A stretch of 63,481 bases of DNA, filler included, from Octopus bimaculoides (lineage: Eukaryota), in the NCBI RefSeq assembly GCF_001194135.2. It is 4 parts of 4 records of this genome, joined end to end, with 100 filler letters (N's around TTAATTAATTAA, not from the genome) between each part and the next. Parts side by side here need not be neighbours in the genome. Positions count along the whole stretch, not along the records: positions 1 to 24,216 come from NC_068997.1; positions 24,317 to 43,997 come from NC_068998.1; 2 more parts are not named here. One strand, written 5' to 3'. Every line of letters starts with the position of its first letter. Positions within the stretch are counted from its first letter, which is position 1. Below the pieces are notes generated by a model. That model saw only the letters and a list, made by a program, of their open reading frames with translations. It made no database searches and was not told the DNA's origin. Made by a program: the position numbers and the translations under genes. Positions 12,836 through 24,358 of this stretch are shown here, piece by piece.

Positions 12836-13200
12836 TGGTTGTCTACTCCTTAAACAGAGTTTGACCACCTCCTGCACCTACACCTTAGCCCTTTCATGGC
12901 GTCTGATGTGGCTTTTTAAACCAGACAGTGTTTTGAAAAAACACCCACACAGATTGCACCTCTGATTTGCACTACCAATACCTGCAAGTAAGTTCTGCTC
13001 ATTGTGGATCCTAACATGTCTTTTAAGACCCCCATTGGATTTGCAAACCCTCTGGCACACACCACATTCAAACGTGTGCACAGACATATAATCAGAATAG
13101 CTGGATGAGGTTTGTATACCTGTATAGTTTGTAGAAACCAAATGCTTGAAACCTGAGTTTCACGCTGTTAAGATCTTCAGGTGAGAATTGTTAGAACTCG
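12832..13200 (-). mobile_element. RTE-type LINE 3' end encoding two C2H2 zinc fingers
   Basis: ORF 12878-13141: FECGVCQRVCKSNGGLKRHVRIH and CNLCGCFFKTLSGLKSHIRRH, stop, then a 46 nt 3' UTR and a (TA)n tail. The zinc fingers are seen directly; the RTE origin is inferred from the non-canonical linker and LINE-like 3' end. Confidence 0.65.
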
Positions 13201-14024
13201 GTTAGGGTGATATATTAATATGTGTTATTGTCTGTCCTTGTTAATTATTTTACGCTTCGCATTTGCTGATTGGCAGTTATTTTTCTGTCATTTCATTGGT
13301 TATTTTTCTGGCGTAGTATTTATATTCCTTGTGTTTGATAATTGTGTAATTTACTTATAGTCAATATAGTCAAATTTATTTTGGTATGTGTTTCACGGAA
13401 CTGCTCTTGCCAAAGTTTCGGTCAATAATAAAGGATTTTTAAAAATCTTTGTGAGTCAGTACAGTTACAAAAAGAATATCATGAAAGCACTTTTTGTTTT
13501 CAATCATAATTCTGCGGTTATGTTTTGCCTGTGTGTGGGTATGTGGATATGTGTTTATGTGGGTGGATGTCTGCCTGCGAACATTCGGATTTCACATACT
13601 TGTTGATGTGTACCAAAGGTTTTTGGTATTTAGTCTTGTTCAGTGTGAACAAAATATGAAAGCAATGGAAATGCGTACTGAACGATGAACGAAGAACTGA
13701 AGACAAAACAGGCGTGGAAATACCCACCGTAAGTCGTATTATGCTGTAGCCAATACGATTTTGGTACGCAAAGCGCGTGTCAAACGTCCAGCAAGTGTCA
13801 GTGATCGTAAAAATCACGAAGTTGATAAACAGAACTTGTAGGAAAATTTTATGACTGAACACAAACCGGATACCGTTTACAATTAGAAGGAATCAAATAA
13901 TCAAATTGAAGAAAGGTATGTTTTGAGTCAAGTCTTAAGAAAAGGAATATGCGTATGTGTAAGTTTATACATACGTGTGTGTGTGTGAGTGTGCGTATAT
14001 GTGTCTGTGTGAGTGTGTTTGCAT

Positions 14025-14215
14025 AGGCGTGGCTGTGTGGTAAGATAGGTGCAGGCGTGGATGTGAGGTAAGAAGCTTGCTTCTCAACCACATGATTCTG
14101 GGTTCAGTCTCACTGCATCGCACCTTGGGTAAGTGTCTTCTAATATAGCCTGGAGCCGACCAAGACTTGTGAGTGGATTTGGTAGACGGAAACGAAAACG
14201 GAAAAGAAGCCTGTC
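14025..14215 (+). mobile_element. SINE family B 5' half with duplicated head
   Basis: ggcgtggctgtgtggtaaga repeated as ggcgtggatgtgaggtaagaagcttgcttctcaaccacatg, then the typical body. Confidence 0.85.
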
Positions 14216-14477
14216 GTTCAGAACGAACAGTTAGTTAAGTACAAAGCGATAATAAGAAAATCAGATGACAAGAGAATAAGCGATTATCTTATGAACTTCA
14301 TTAGCTAACAACTCTTTCTGCTATAAGATGCAATGGACTCATAGCCGAGTAATTGAATAACACTTTATAGTTTCATCGAAGTCTCCAGTATATTAAGTGC
14401 AATTTATTTGGAAAAATAATTAAATTTATACATGTATGTAAATATATATATGTATATATATATATATATATATATGC

Positions 14478-14534
<57 letters not shown>

Positions 14535-14542
14535 TGTGTGTG

Positions 14543-15170
14543 TAAAACAAATAATAAATGAGTATATGCATATATACGTACAGGTGTGTGCATACCTACG
14601 TCTGCTTGTATATATAGTTGCATATCTGGGTACAGGACATTGCAAACAAAACGTGGACAAAAAAAAATAATAATAAGCAGAGTACAGAACATACACAGGC
14701 CACATAGAGAACATTTTCTTTCATCAGCTACCCTTATTCTAACATAGGCGTTTCGAAGAGTAGGTCAGGACGCATCGTTAAAATGGCTCTTCTCATGGAC
14801 CACAAATTAAATTTGTATACACAAATTAAACTTGTACCATGGAGGAATGTAGTGGCGGACAGAAAACAAGACAGGAAAACAAACGGAAAAGAAAACAAGA
14901 CAGGAAAACAAACGGAAAAGAAAACAAGACAGGAAAACAAAAGGAAAAGGCTAAACGGCCAGACGTGAAAAATTATGTGTATATGGAACGCTGTGAAGCA
15001 ACAAACAGGAAGCGGGACGAAGTAAGTTCGCGTGTTTGCTCGGCGATAGCCAAGGAAGAAAAGAATTAGTAAGTGGACACCTGTGGCCAGCGAGGGGTAA
15101 TGAAGAGAGAGAGTGGTAGAGGGAGAAACAAGGGGAGGAAGTAGAAAATAGGTGAGCAACGAGAGAAAGA
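14543..15170 (-). mobile_element. Non-coding interspersed element (family F, possibly PLE-derived); partial copies at 15403-15540, 22566-22772 and 23779-24152
   Basis: aaacaaataataaatgagtatatgc...ctgggtacagga..ttgcaaacaaaacgt.gacaaaaaaa is near-identical at 14543, 15403 and 22566; 23779-24152 matches 14750-15170 in reverse complement. Confidence 0.8.
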
Positions 15171-15315
15171 GAGGAAGAGAGAAATATAGTAGTAACAGAA
15201 GGAAGAACGAGAGGGGGAAAGAGAGAGATATAGTAGTAACAGAAGGAAGAACGAGAAGGGTAAAGAGAGAGAGATACGTAGTAGTAACAGAAGGAACAAC
15301 GAGAGGGGGAAAAAG
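15170..15315. repeat. Minisatellite of about 45 bp, 3 copies (agagagatatagtagtaacagaaggaagaacgagaggggg)
   Basis: Direct reading. Confidence 0.85.
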
Positions 15316-16110
15316 TTATAGAGATAGAGATAGATAGAGTCGCGTCAGAAAATATAAAGTTCAAAAACTACTCACAGGGAATGACGCGGGCGTTCGATCA
15401 TGTAAAACAAATAATAAATGAGTATATGCGTATATACATACAGGTATGTGCATACCTACGTCTACCTGTATATATAGGTGCATATCTGGGTACAGGATAT
15501 TGCAAACAAAACGTAGACAAAAAAATAATAATAACCAGAGATGTTTTCCTCCAAAATGGAGATGAACACCATTCCTCCATGTGATCGGCTTGAAAAATTG
15601 TGAAGCTATTAAGAAGACATTTTTCTTAACATGAAACCAGTTGTAGCCTTAATAGACAAATAAAGAAAATCTATTCACCAATGTTGTGTTGAGCCGGTTT
15701 CTAACCTAGATCCAAAATTCTTTCATTGGAATTTCAGCAACACCAACGCGGTATTTTTGTATGTATGTATGTATGCATGTATGTATGTATGTATGTATGT
15801 ATGTATGTATGCATGTATGTATGTATATGTGTTTACGTTTTTTCGGTCGTTGGTGATGTCCTGTGCTTAATGTGTATGTATGTATGTATGTATGTATGTA
15901 TGTATGTGTGTATATATGTATGTATGTATGTATTTAAGTGTGTACATAAGCTGTATACAAAATAGTATTAGTAGTGAATGACAGACAGTGTAGTCAAATA
16001 CACACTGTAGAGTATTAATTTAATTTGGTCAAGTGAAACCAACACCGGCGACTATTTGCATTGATAGTACGCGGAAGACAAATCGTTCATTTACCCGCAA
16101 CGTTAGAACC

Positions 16111-16150
<40 letters not shown>

Positions 16151-16904
16151 GTATATATACATCTGTATGTATGTATGCATGTATGTATGTATGTATGTAC
16201 ATGAATGACTGAGGAACGAAAAAAACAATGTAGCTGAAACGAGAATCAATGCGTTTATTTGTAGAGATACATCATTACACAGTTTTTTACTGCTTAATGT
16301 ATTATTTCTTTCGTGGCTGCAATTGATAAACGACAAGTGTTGTTTTTTTTTTTATCTAATATTTACACAGTGACACATAAAATTGACACATAAAAGTTGC
16401 TGATAAATTGAAGTCCGGACCAAGAAAGGTGATTTTGACTGTTTGAGTGGGTTATTCTGTTGTTTAATGACAGTTCAATGCCGACTGTTCGGGTGACAGG
16501 TGTGAATCAACTTAGTGAAATGATTCCCGTTAAAAGTGCGATCCTCTAGATTAAATAAATACATTTATTGTCTGCAGGTGGCATAGTAGTGATACAGCTC
16601 CGACCTGAAGCGAGAGGGACAGAAGTTCGTGCTTTACCTGTGTTGTGGACCGTTATCTTGAAATGATTAACTACAAAACACCAACTTAATAGTGCAACTA
16701 TAGGACTTGGTATTGCTTTTATTAGGCACTTTTACAAATAGCTGAGAATATGTTTAAATTAAGGAAACAGCAACGCAAACATATGTAAACTTTTATTGTT
16801 ACAGTTTTCATTTCCCAGTTGGAAAATCTATGTACTTTCCATCTTAATTCCTGCCTCACTTCTCATCCTCCTCCCTTTTTCTAAATATTACGTTCAATAT
16901 TATT

Positions 16905-17252
16905 CTCATACAGCAAATTTCGCAAAGGTCGACTTTGCCTTTCATCCTTTCGGGGTTGATAAAATAAGTACCAGTTGAGCACTGGGGTCGATGTCATCGA
17001 CTTAGCCCCTCCCTCGAAGTTGCTGGCCTTGTACTAAAATTTGAAAACAGTATTATTCCCATACAGTTTACTTCGAAACCAAAACTGCACGTTGTTTTTG
17101 TTTTGTTTTGTTCTGTCTTACGGACTAACTTCAACAATCATTTACCTCCATTTTCTATTACATATTTCCTATTAAACACACACACACACACACACACGCA
17201 CACACACGCACACACACACAACACGTGTGTGTGTATGTGTGTGTATGTACAG

Positions 17253-17285
<33 letters not shown>

Positions 17286-17695
17286 CAAAGACATATTTTC
17301 TGTTAAACAATTGTTTATTTCTTCCCTAATATTTTAATCATCTTAAGGGAACGTTTGTACGCCGGGCAAAAGGCTTAGAGGCATTTAGTCCGTCTTTACG
17401 TTCTGAGTTCAAACACTGCCAAGGTCCACTTTGCCTTTCGTCTTTTCAGGCCCATAAAATAAGTACCAGATGAGTACTGGGGTCAATGTAATCGACTAGT
17501 CCCCTTCCCTGAATTTTCTGGCTTTGTGCCAACATTTGAAAACAATACTATTCCCATACAGTCTTTTTCGAAACCAAAATTACACATTGTTTTTGATTTG
17601 TTACTTTTTTTTTCCGAATCACAGTCATCAACCATTCACCTGCTTAACTTTCCCTATAGCATATTTTGTATTACATATTTCCTTTTACACACATA
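16905..17695 (+). repeat. Old tandem duplication of a SINE A copy plus about 130 bp of 3' flank
   Basis: Both SINE A copies (16905-17050, 17350-17545) are followed by ttgaaaaca.ta.tattcccatacagt.tt..ttcgaaaccaaaa.t.cac.ttgtttttg...tattacatattttcc..t..acacac. Confidence 0.75.
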
Positions 17696-17962
17696 CGACA
17701 CACACACGTACCCACACACACATACATAATACATATATATATATATATATATATGCGAATATACGTATTTATATATACGTATATACGTATGTGTGTGTAT
17801 GTGTGTGTGTGTGTGTACAACTCTATGTATTTGTTTGCAAGATTCTTGATGTGAAATATGGTGTTCAAACAGTTATTGTTATATTTGGAGAACGCCGTCT
17901 TTTTCCAATTAAACCTACGTACTAATTTGACTTTCATTTTATCAGTATTATTATTATTATTA

Positions 17963-18310
17963 TTCAGTAGTTTTATTTTTATAACGTGCTTTCACTTCAC
18001 TACCGAGCGCAGCTCTGTGCGCCTTGGGTATGTGCTGTGGTTTGCTGTGCTGCTCTTATGTTTACTGTATTGAAAGTGTTTTGCGTAGAATGTGTGCAGT
18101 ACCCAGTAGTGCAATTTTCTGTATGTTATATATATTTGTAAGTCCTGGTGTTTTTGTTATGTATTTGTCTGAATATTCTTTTTATTATACCTAAGGCACC
18201 TACTATGATAGGAATTGTTTCTGTTTTTAGATTCCACATTCGAGTTATCTCTATTTCCAGGTCTTTGTATTTTGAAAGTTTTTCCATTTCTTTTAGAGAA
18301 ACGTTGTCAT
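17963..18310 (-). mobile_element. R4/Dong-like RLE retrotransposon 3' end, young subfamily, copy 1 (runs into gap)
   Basis: DNVSLKEMEKLSKYKDLEIEITRMWNLKTETIPIIVGALGIIK...IQKIALLGTAHILRKTLSIQ*, about 100 nt 3' UTR, then (TAA)n. Confidence 0.9.
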
Positions 18311-19157
18311 NNNNNNNNNNNNNNNNNNNNNNNNNNNNNNNNNNNNNNNNNNNNNNNNNNNNNNNNNNNNNNNNNNNNNNNNNNNNNNNNNNNNNNNNNN
18401 NNNNNNNNNNNNNNNNNNNNNNNNNNNNNNNNNNNNNNNNNNNNNNNNNNNNNNNNNNNNNNNNNNNNNNNNNNNNNNNNNNNNNNNNNNNNNNNNNNNN
18501 NNNNNNNNNNNNNNNNNNNNNNNNNNNNNNNNNNNNNNNNNNNNNNNNNNNNNNNNNNNNNNNNNNNNNNNNNNNNNNNNNNNNNNNNNNNNNNNNNNNN
18601 NNNNNNNNNNNNNNNNNNNNNNNNNNNNNNNNNNNNNNNNNNNNNNNNNNNNNNNNNNNNNNNNNNNNNNNNNNNNNNNNNNNNNNNNNNNNNNNNNNNN
18701 NNNNNNNNNNNNNNNNNNNNNNNNNNNNNNNNNNNNNNNNNNNNNNNNNNNNNNNNNNNNNNNNNNNNNNNNNNNNNNNNNNNNNNNNNNNNNNNNNNNN
18801 NNNNNNNNNNNNNNNNNNNNNNNNNNNNNNNNNNNNNNNNNNNNNNNNNNNNNNNNNNNNNNNNNNNNNNNNNNNNNNNNNNNNNNNNNNNNNNNNNNNN
18901 NNNNNNNNNNNNNNNNNNNNNNNNNNNNNNNNNNNNNNNNNNNNNNNNNNNNNNNNNNNNNNNNNNNNNNNNNNNNNNNNNNNNNNNNNNNNNNNNNNNN
19001 NNNNNNNNNNNNNNNNNNNNNNNNNNNNNNNNNNNNNNNNNNNNNNNNNNNNNNNNNNNNNNNNNNNNNNNNNNNNNNNNNNNNNNNNNNNNNNNNNNNN
19101 NNNNNNNNNNNNNNNNNNNNNNNNNNNNNNNNNNNNNNNNNNNNNNNNNNNNNNNNN

Positions 19158-19205
<48 letters not shown>

Positions 19206-19212
19206 CATTATT

Positions 19213-19256
<44 letters not shown>

Positions 19257-19299
19257 TATTATTAGTATTATTATTGTTGTTGTTGTTGTTGTTATTTTC

Positions 19300-20100
19300 C
19301 GATTGATTTGCATTTTATTTCATCATCCGGCCGGGTCACAACCAGAAATCTAAGCCAAATATATATTAGATGGAGAGAAACTTCATGAGAATGTGAGTGG
19401 TTGATGTCAACACAAGTTCTTGAGTCTCATATATTGTTGGTTTCCCAGGGATCTGGCCTAAAGACTTTTCACTACCTTTCCTGATCATTCGTAGGGCACC
19501 TATAACAACAAGAATCGTTTTGGTTCTTAATTGCCACATCCTAGATAACTCAATCACAAGGTCCTTATATTTCGACAGTTTTTTTTAGATTCCTTTGCTG
19601 AGATATTGTTATCAGAAGGCACTGTCTTATCAATTAACAGACACGTTTTTTTGTCTTAGGTCTTTGATGACGATGTCTCGTCGCTTAGCATTTATTTTCC
19701 TGTTTGTATGTATATTCCCTCGCTTCTATCTCCCTCATTGACGCACTCTAAAAACTGGTTCATATAAGTTTTTAGAGTGCGGGATATCATAGTGCTGGCA
19801 TACGTTCCAGTGCAAGTATTGGCCTACTCGATCATGCCTGGCTTTATATTCTTTAGGGACAAGAACTGAGCAACAGGAACAATGTTGTCAATACTCTCAA
19901 GTTTCTGATTGCAGAGTCAACACTTTGTGTCTACCTCACCATGTATGAAATTAGCTTGATAGTTCTGAGTGAGAAGACTCTTATCTGGTGCTGCTAAAAT
20001 AAATCCTTGTTTCGGCTTTCAAACCAGCACTCAGCAACCACACGTCGGACATTCTGTGACCTCTTCATCGACTTTCTATCCCACGTGTCTCCTCTTTTCC
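19300..20100 (-). mobile_element. R4/Dong-like RLE retrotransposon, older subfamily, frameshifted
   Basis: C*LCNQKLESIDNIV...KEYKARHDRVGQYLHWNVCQHYDIP, then KKTCLLIDKTVPSDNNISAKE..KLSKYKDLVIELSRMW..TILVVIGAL; ends in (CAA)n(TAA)n at 19260-19297. Confidence 0.85.
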
Positions 20101-20136
20101 TCCCTATTCCATAATTAATATTATAAGGCGGCGAGA

Positions 20137-20328
20137 TGGCAGATCTATGAGCACCCTGGCCATAATAACTAGCGTAATTTTGTCCTTATTTAACTTTTGA
20201 GTTAAAACACCACCGAGATCGACTTTGAGATTTATCCTAAAGGGGTCGATAGAATTGGAGCACTAGACTCGATGTAATCGACTTAGCCCCTCCTTTGAAA
20301 TAGCCGGACTTGCGCCAAAATTTGAATC

Positions 20329-20330
<2 letters not shown>
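20137..20330 (+). mobile_element. SINE family A; its (ATT)n tail is shared with the 3' end of the opposing Dong-like copy
   Basis: aaggcggcgagatggcaga...ccgagatcgacttt...gatgtaatcgacttagcccc...aaaatttgaatccattattatt. Confidence 0.8.
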
Positions 20331-20383
<53 letters not shown>

Positions 20384-20385
<2 letters not shown>

Positions 20386-20921
20386 TCAGTAGTTTTATTT
20401 ATATAACGTGCTTTCACTTCACTACCGAGCGCAGCTCTGTGCGCCTTGGGTATGTGCTGTGGTTTGCTGTGCTGCTCTTATGTTTACTGTATTGAAAGTG
20501 TTTTGCGTAGAATGTGTGCAGTACCCAGTAGTGCAATTTTCTGTATGTTATATATGTCTGTAAGTCCTGGTGTTTTTGTTATGTATTTGTCTGAATATTT
20601 TTTTATTATACCTAAGGCACCTACTATNNNNNNNNNNNNNNNNNNNNNNNNNNNNNNNNNNNNNNNNNNNNNNNNNNNNNNNNNNNNNNNNNNNNNNNNN
20701 NNNNNNNNNNNNNNNNNNNNNNNNNNNNNNNNNNNNNNNNNNNNNNNNNNNNNNNNNNNNNNNNNNNNNNNNNNNNNNNNNNNNNNNNNNNNNNNNNNNT
20801 AGGGAAACGTTGTCATCTGCTGGTATTGATACATCAATTAGAAAGCATTTTTTTTCTTCATGATCTTTGACAACTATATCTGGTCTATTTGCCTTAATTT
20901 CTCTATCTGTGTGTATTGGCA
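20384..20921 (-). mobile_element. R4/Dong-like RLE retrotransposon, young subfamily, 5'-truncated copy 2 flanked by (TAA)n on both sides
   Basis: PIHTDREIKANRPDIVVKDHEEKKCFLIDVSIPADDNVSL (PD..D RLE motif), gap, then a C-terminus near-identical to copy 1. Confidence 0.9.
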
Positions 20922-20993
<72 letters not shown>

Positions 20994-20999
20994 CATTAT

Positions 21000-21400
21000 T
21001 ACTGACAATGATTCGATTGATGTTCATTCGTATTCCTTGCAGGATTTTTTTATGTGAGTAGCAAGTTATTAACTGTAACCTTAGGAATCCACAAGCTTTC
21101 AATAATCTTTCAAGTGCTTAAAACACTAGCAATTTCAAATTTAAAGTGGTTGTAATTTTTTAATTTTTTTATTCTCTCTCTTTGCAAATCTGGAATCAAA
21201 CGGACATGATGGATCGATTAGTAAGCAATTTCGCTTTTCCCTGTCTATTAGTGCTATGTCTGGTTTATCATTATCTAGCTTCGCATTCTTTTGAATGGAA
21301 AAGTCCCATAAAATCTTGCATTTCTCCAACTTCAGCATTCTTCCAACCAGATGATTATACTATGCACCGCCAGCTTCAAAACCACATTTCTGACAAAACT
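21000..21400 (-). mobile_element. R4/Dong-like RLE fragment, third subfamily
   Basis: EKCKILWDFSIQKNAKLDNDKPDIALIDREKRNCLLIDPSCPFD (ILWDF/PDI/LID motifs); the downstream part runs into (TAA)n at about 21000. Confidence 0.8.
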
Positions 21401-23064
21401 TCCAGTGTAAAACTTTCAAAATTTGGTCATGCCGCCGCGCGCACACACAAACACACAGACATACACTAGTTTAACTAACGACAAAAACAATAACGGTAAC
21501 AGGAATAAAGATAATTGCAATTTAATATGAGATAAGAAGAAATGCAACCGTAGAGTACCAGATAAATACCCTAATACCCCTCGACAGCCCATTGCCTGAG
21601 TTATAACGTGTTATATGAATGCACGGTACATAACAGAAAATAGAATTCTATAAAAATTTAGGCAGGATATTTTGTAGACTTTGAGAGACGAATTTTATCC
21701 CATCTTAGTTCACTTGCATTTACAATGCGCAAAACTTCCACTTCGTTAGCTATTATATGTTCTATGTTAAAAATAATAACATCCTTTACAATATTCTCTG
21801 ATCCAATATTAAAACGAGGTCATATGAAGTTGGTCGATCTCCATGTGATCTCTGTAGCAAAGATTTTTCGAGATTTTAAAGAGGATTTCATTATTTGCAG
21901 GCGTCGATTCTTTAAAACGATTCATTTTCTTTTTTTCTGTTTTTTTTTCTTTTTACCATAGCTTGATACATTTTACCTGAGATAAATATTGTTACTCACT
22001 TCTTTTAGTGGATGGATCATAACTCTATAACTTTATCCTCGGCATTTTCTATTATCAAACCTAACACGTTTTTGTCCTGCAGGCCTAATTTCGTAATTTC
22101 CCAATATTTATCGATTTGATTATAAGCTTCTTAATTAATTGTATGGTTACTTAGCCCGTTAGCATTTTAACCCTCACCCCCAGTCGGCTCTTATCAGTAT
22201 ATACATCCCTTTCGTATTGTTCGGCTGAGATCGTCACGCTTTAACACACAAGGATGCCTGCCAGCATCCCGTGGCTAGACACGTAAAAGCGAACGTATAC
22301 GCAGCAAGAGACTGAATACTTCTTATTAATTATCCTTCTCTTTATCGCCTTTATGCTCCTTTGATATTTATTTCCAACACCCATCCTCCCAGTTTTTACC
22401 CTTTAAGGTTCACCCTCTTGCCTTTTGAGTGAACGATAGTTATATTGCATTTATATTTTTGCCCCTATTTCACTCATCACCAAGCACCTTCCGACGTCTC
22501 TATCTCCCTTTATTTTTCTTTACTTTGTTCTATAAATCCTTCCATATATATATATATATATATATAAAACAAATAATAAATGAGTATATGCATATATACG
22601 TACAGGTATGTGCATACCTATGTCTACCTGTATATATAGGTGCATATCTGGGTACAGGATATTGCAAACAAAACGTAGACAAAAAAATAATAATAACCAG
22701 AGTACAGAAAACACACAGGCCACATAGAGAACATTTTCCTTCATCAGCTACCCCCATTCTAACACAGGCGTTTCGAAGATATGGAATTAACCTTGTGAAA
22801 TCATAAATTCTGCTATGTGAGTCAATGAGTACCTGAAGCTTGACAATACTGAATCGACAAGTCACCGATGCTTTGTCAGTACTGTGCCAGAAGTGTAGGT
22901 GTGCGGTTTTGTACTAAGTTCACATATTCTGTTCTATTTCAGAATGCCAAAATCTGTATAAACGTCGCAAACAACTTTTGCTATATATGATAAATATGTA
23001 AAATATTAAAACAGTTGACGGAAAATATTTCATGGTGTGAAGAATCAACGCAACACAACGTGAA

Positions 23065-23110
23065 GTTGTCATGGTAACAATCTGTTAATACCTCGATGTC
23101 TATTGATTGG
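23065..23110. promoter_or_regulatory. RFX X-box consensus match followed by an inverted CCAAT box
   Basis: GTTGTCATGGTAAC at 23065-23078 and GATTGG at 23105-23110. Motif match only; probably repeat-borne. Confidence 0.3.
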
Positions 23111-24260
23111 CTAAAATTACCCAAATGTCCCAACTTTAATTCCAAATAACATCAGATTATTTAATTTACGAGAAAAAGTAATTGGTTGATCGTAATAAAA
23201 ATTCAAAGTTGCATCGATGCAGCAAAATTGAAAGCAATCTGAACAAAATTAAAGGGGGCTGATTTTGTGAATCAGTTTAACTAGATCCTTTTGGTCGAAA
23301 ATATCGACCTCATTTTTTTTTTTAAGCCTGGTACTTATTCTATCGGGCTCTTTTGCCGGACTGCTAAGGTATGGGGACGTAAACACTCCAGCACCGGCTG
23401 TTAAATGGTGTTGGATAGGGTCTAACATTGACACGAAAACACATACATGCACACACGCACACACACATTCACAAACATACATACATACATACGACGGATT
23501 TCTTTCATTCTCCGTCTCACAAATCCACTCATAAGACTTTGGTTGACCTTAGGTTATAGTCGAAAATGCAGTGGAACTGAACCTCGAACCATGTAGTTGG
23601 GGGAGTTGGGAAATTGTTCATATGAATTCAAATTGTGCTATTTCATATACATTCACCCACACAAATTTGCTTCCTGTTGTTTACAGACAGGAAAATAGAC
23701 TGGCTCCCCCTCTCGTTCTTACTTGTGCTGTTCTTCGTCTCTCCCCTTCACTACTATATATATATATATATATATATATTTTCCTCCCTGTCTCTCGTTG
23801 CTCACATATGTTCAACTTCCTCCCCTTTTTTTCTCTCTCTACCACTCTTTCTCCTTACCCCTCGTTGATCACATGTGACCAGCGGCTACAGCTTTCTTTC
23901 CTCTCTTGGCCACTGCCAAGCAAGCACGAACTTTCTTCTCTCTTCCCCTGAAGTTCGTCAAATCACAGCGTTCAGTATACAAATATCTTCTTCTCGTCTG
24001 GCCTAACAGCCCTCCATGTTTGTTTCACTGATTCGTTTTCCCTGTCGTGTTTTCTGTTTGCCACTTAATTCCTCCGCATCACAAATTTAATTTAATTTCC
24101 TTTGCGGGAAGAGCTATTCTAGCAATGCGCCCTGCCCCAACTCTTCGAAACGCATATATATATATATATATAATATGTATATATATGTGTGTGTATATAT
24201 ATATATAAACTTATTTNNNNNNNNNNNNNNNNNNNNNNNNNNNNNNNNNNNNNNNNNNNN

Positions 24261-24272
24261 TTAATTAATTAA
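24261..24272. other. Artificial scaffold spacer TTAATTAATTAA (also 44042-44053 and 60217-60228)
   Basis: Each sits in about 44 N + 12 nt + 44 N (100 nt) and encodes stops in all six frames. Confidence 0.95.
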
Positions 24273-24316
24273 NNNNNNNNNNNNNNNNNNNNNNNNNNNN
24301 NNNNNNNNNNNNNNNN

Positions 24317-24358
<42 letters not shown>

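Noticed and set aside
14715-14790. Type II hammerhead in family F (GAAAC...CTGATGAAG)
   Set aside because: Stem I cannot form between the putative cleavage site and CTGATGA; kept only as a motif note.
16641-16673. Minus-strand phase-1 microexon candidates (also 55492-55515)
   Set aside because: Only splice-like dinucleotides; no recognisable peptide, and expected by chance in AT-rich DNA.
18126-19353. ORFs of 250-400 aa in the track (also near 33, 38, 40, 41-42 and 51-52 kb)
   Set aside because: They are read-throughs of N-runs and (ATT)n, (TA)n or (ACT)n tracts.
24217-24316. TTAATTAATTAA between N-runs, three times
   Set aside because: Assembly spacer with six-frame stops in a fixed 100-nt gap.
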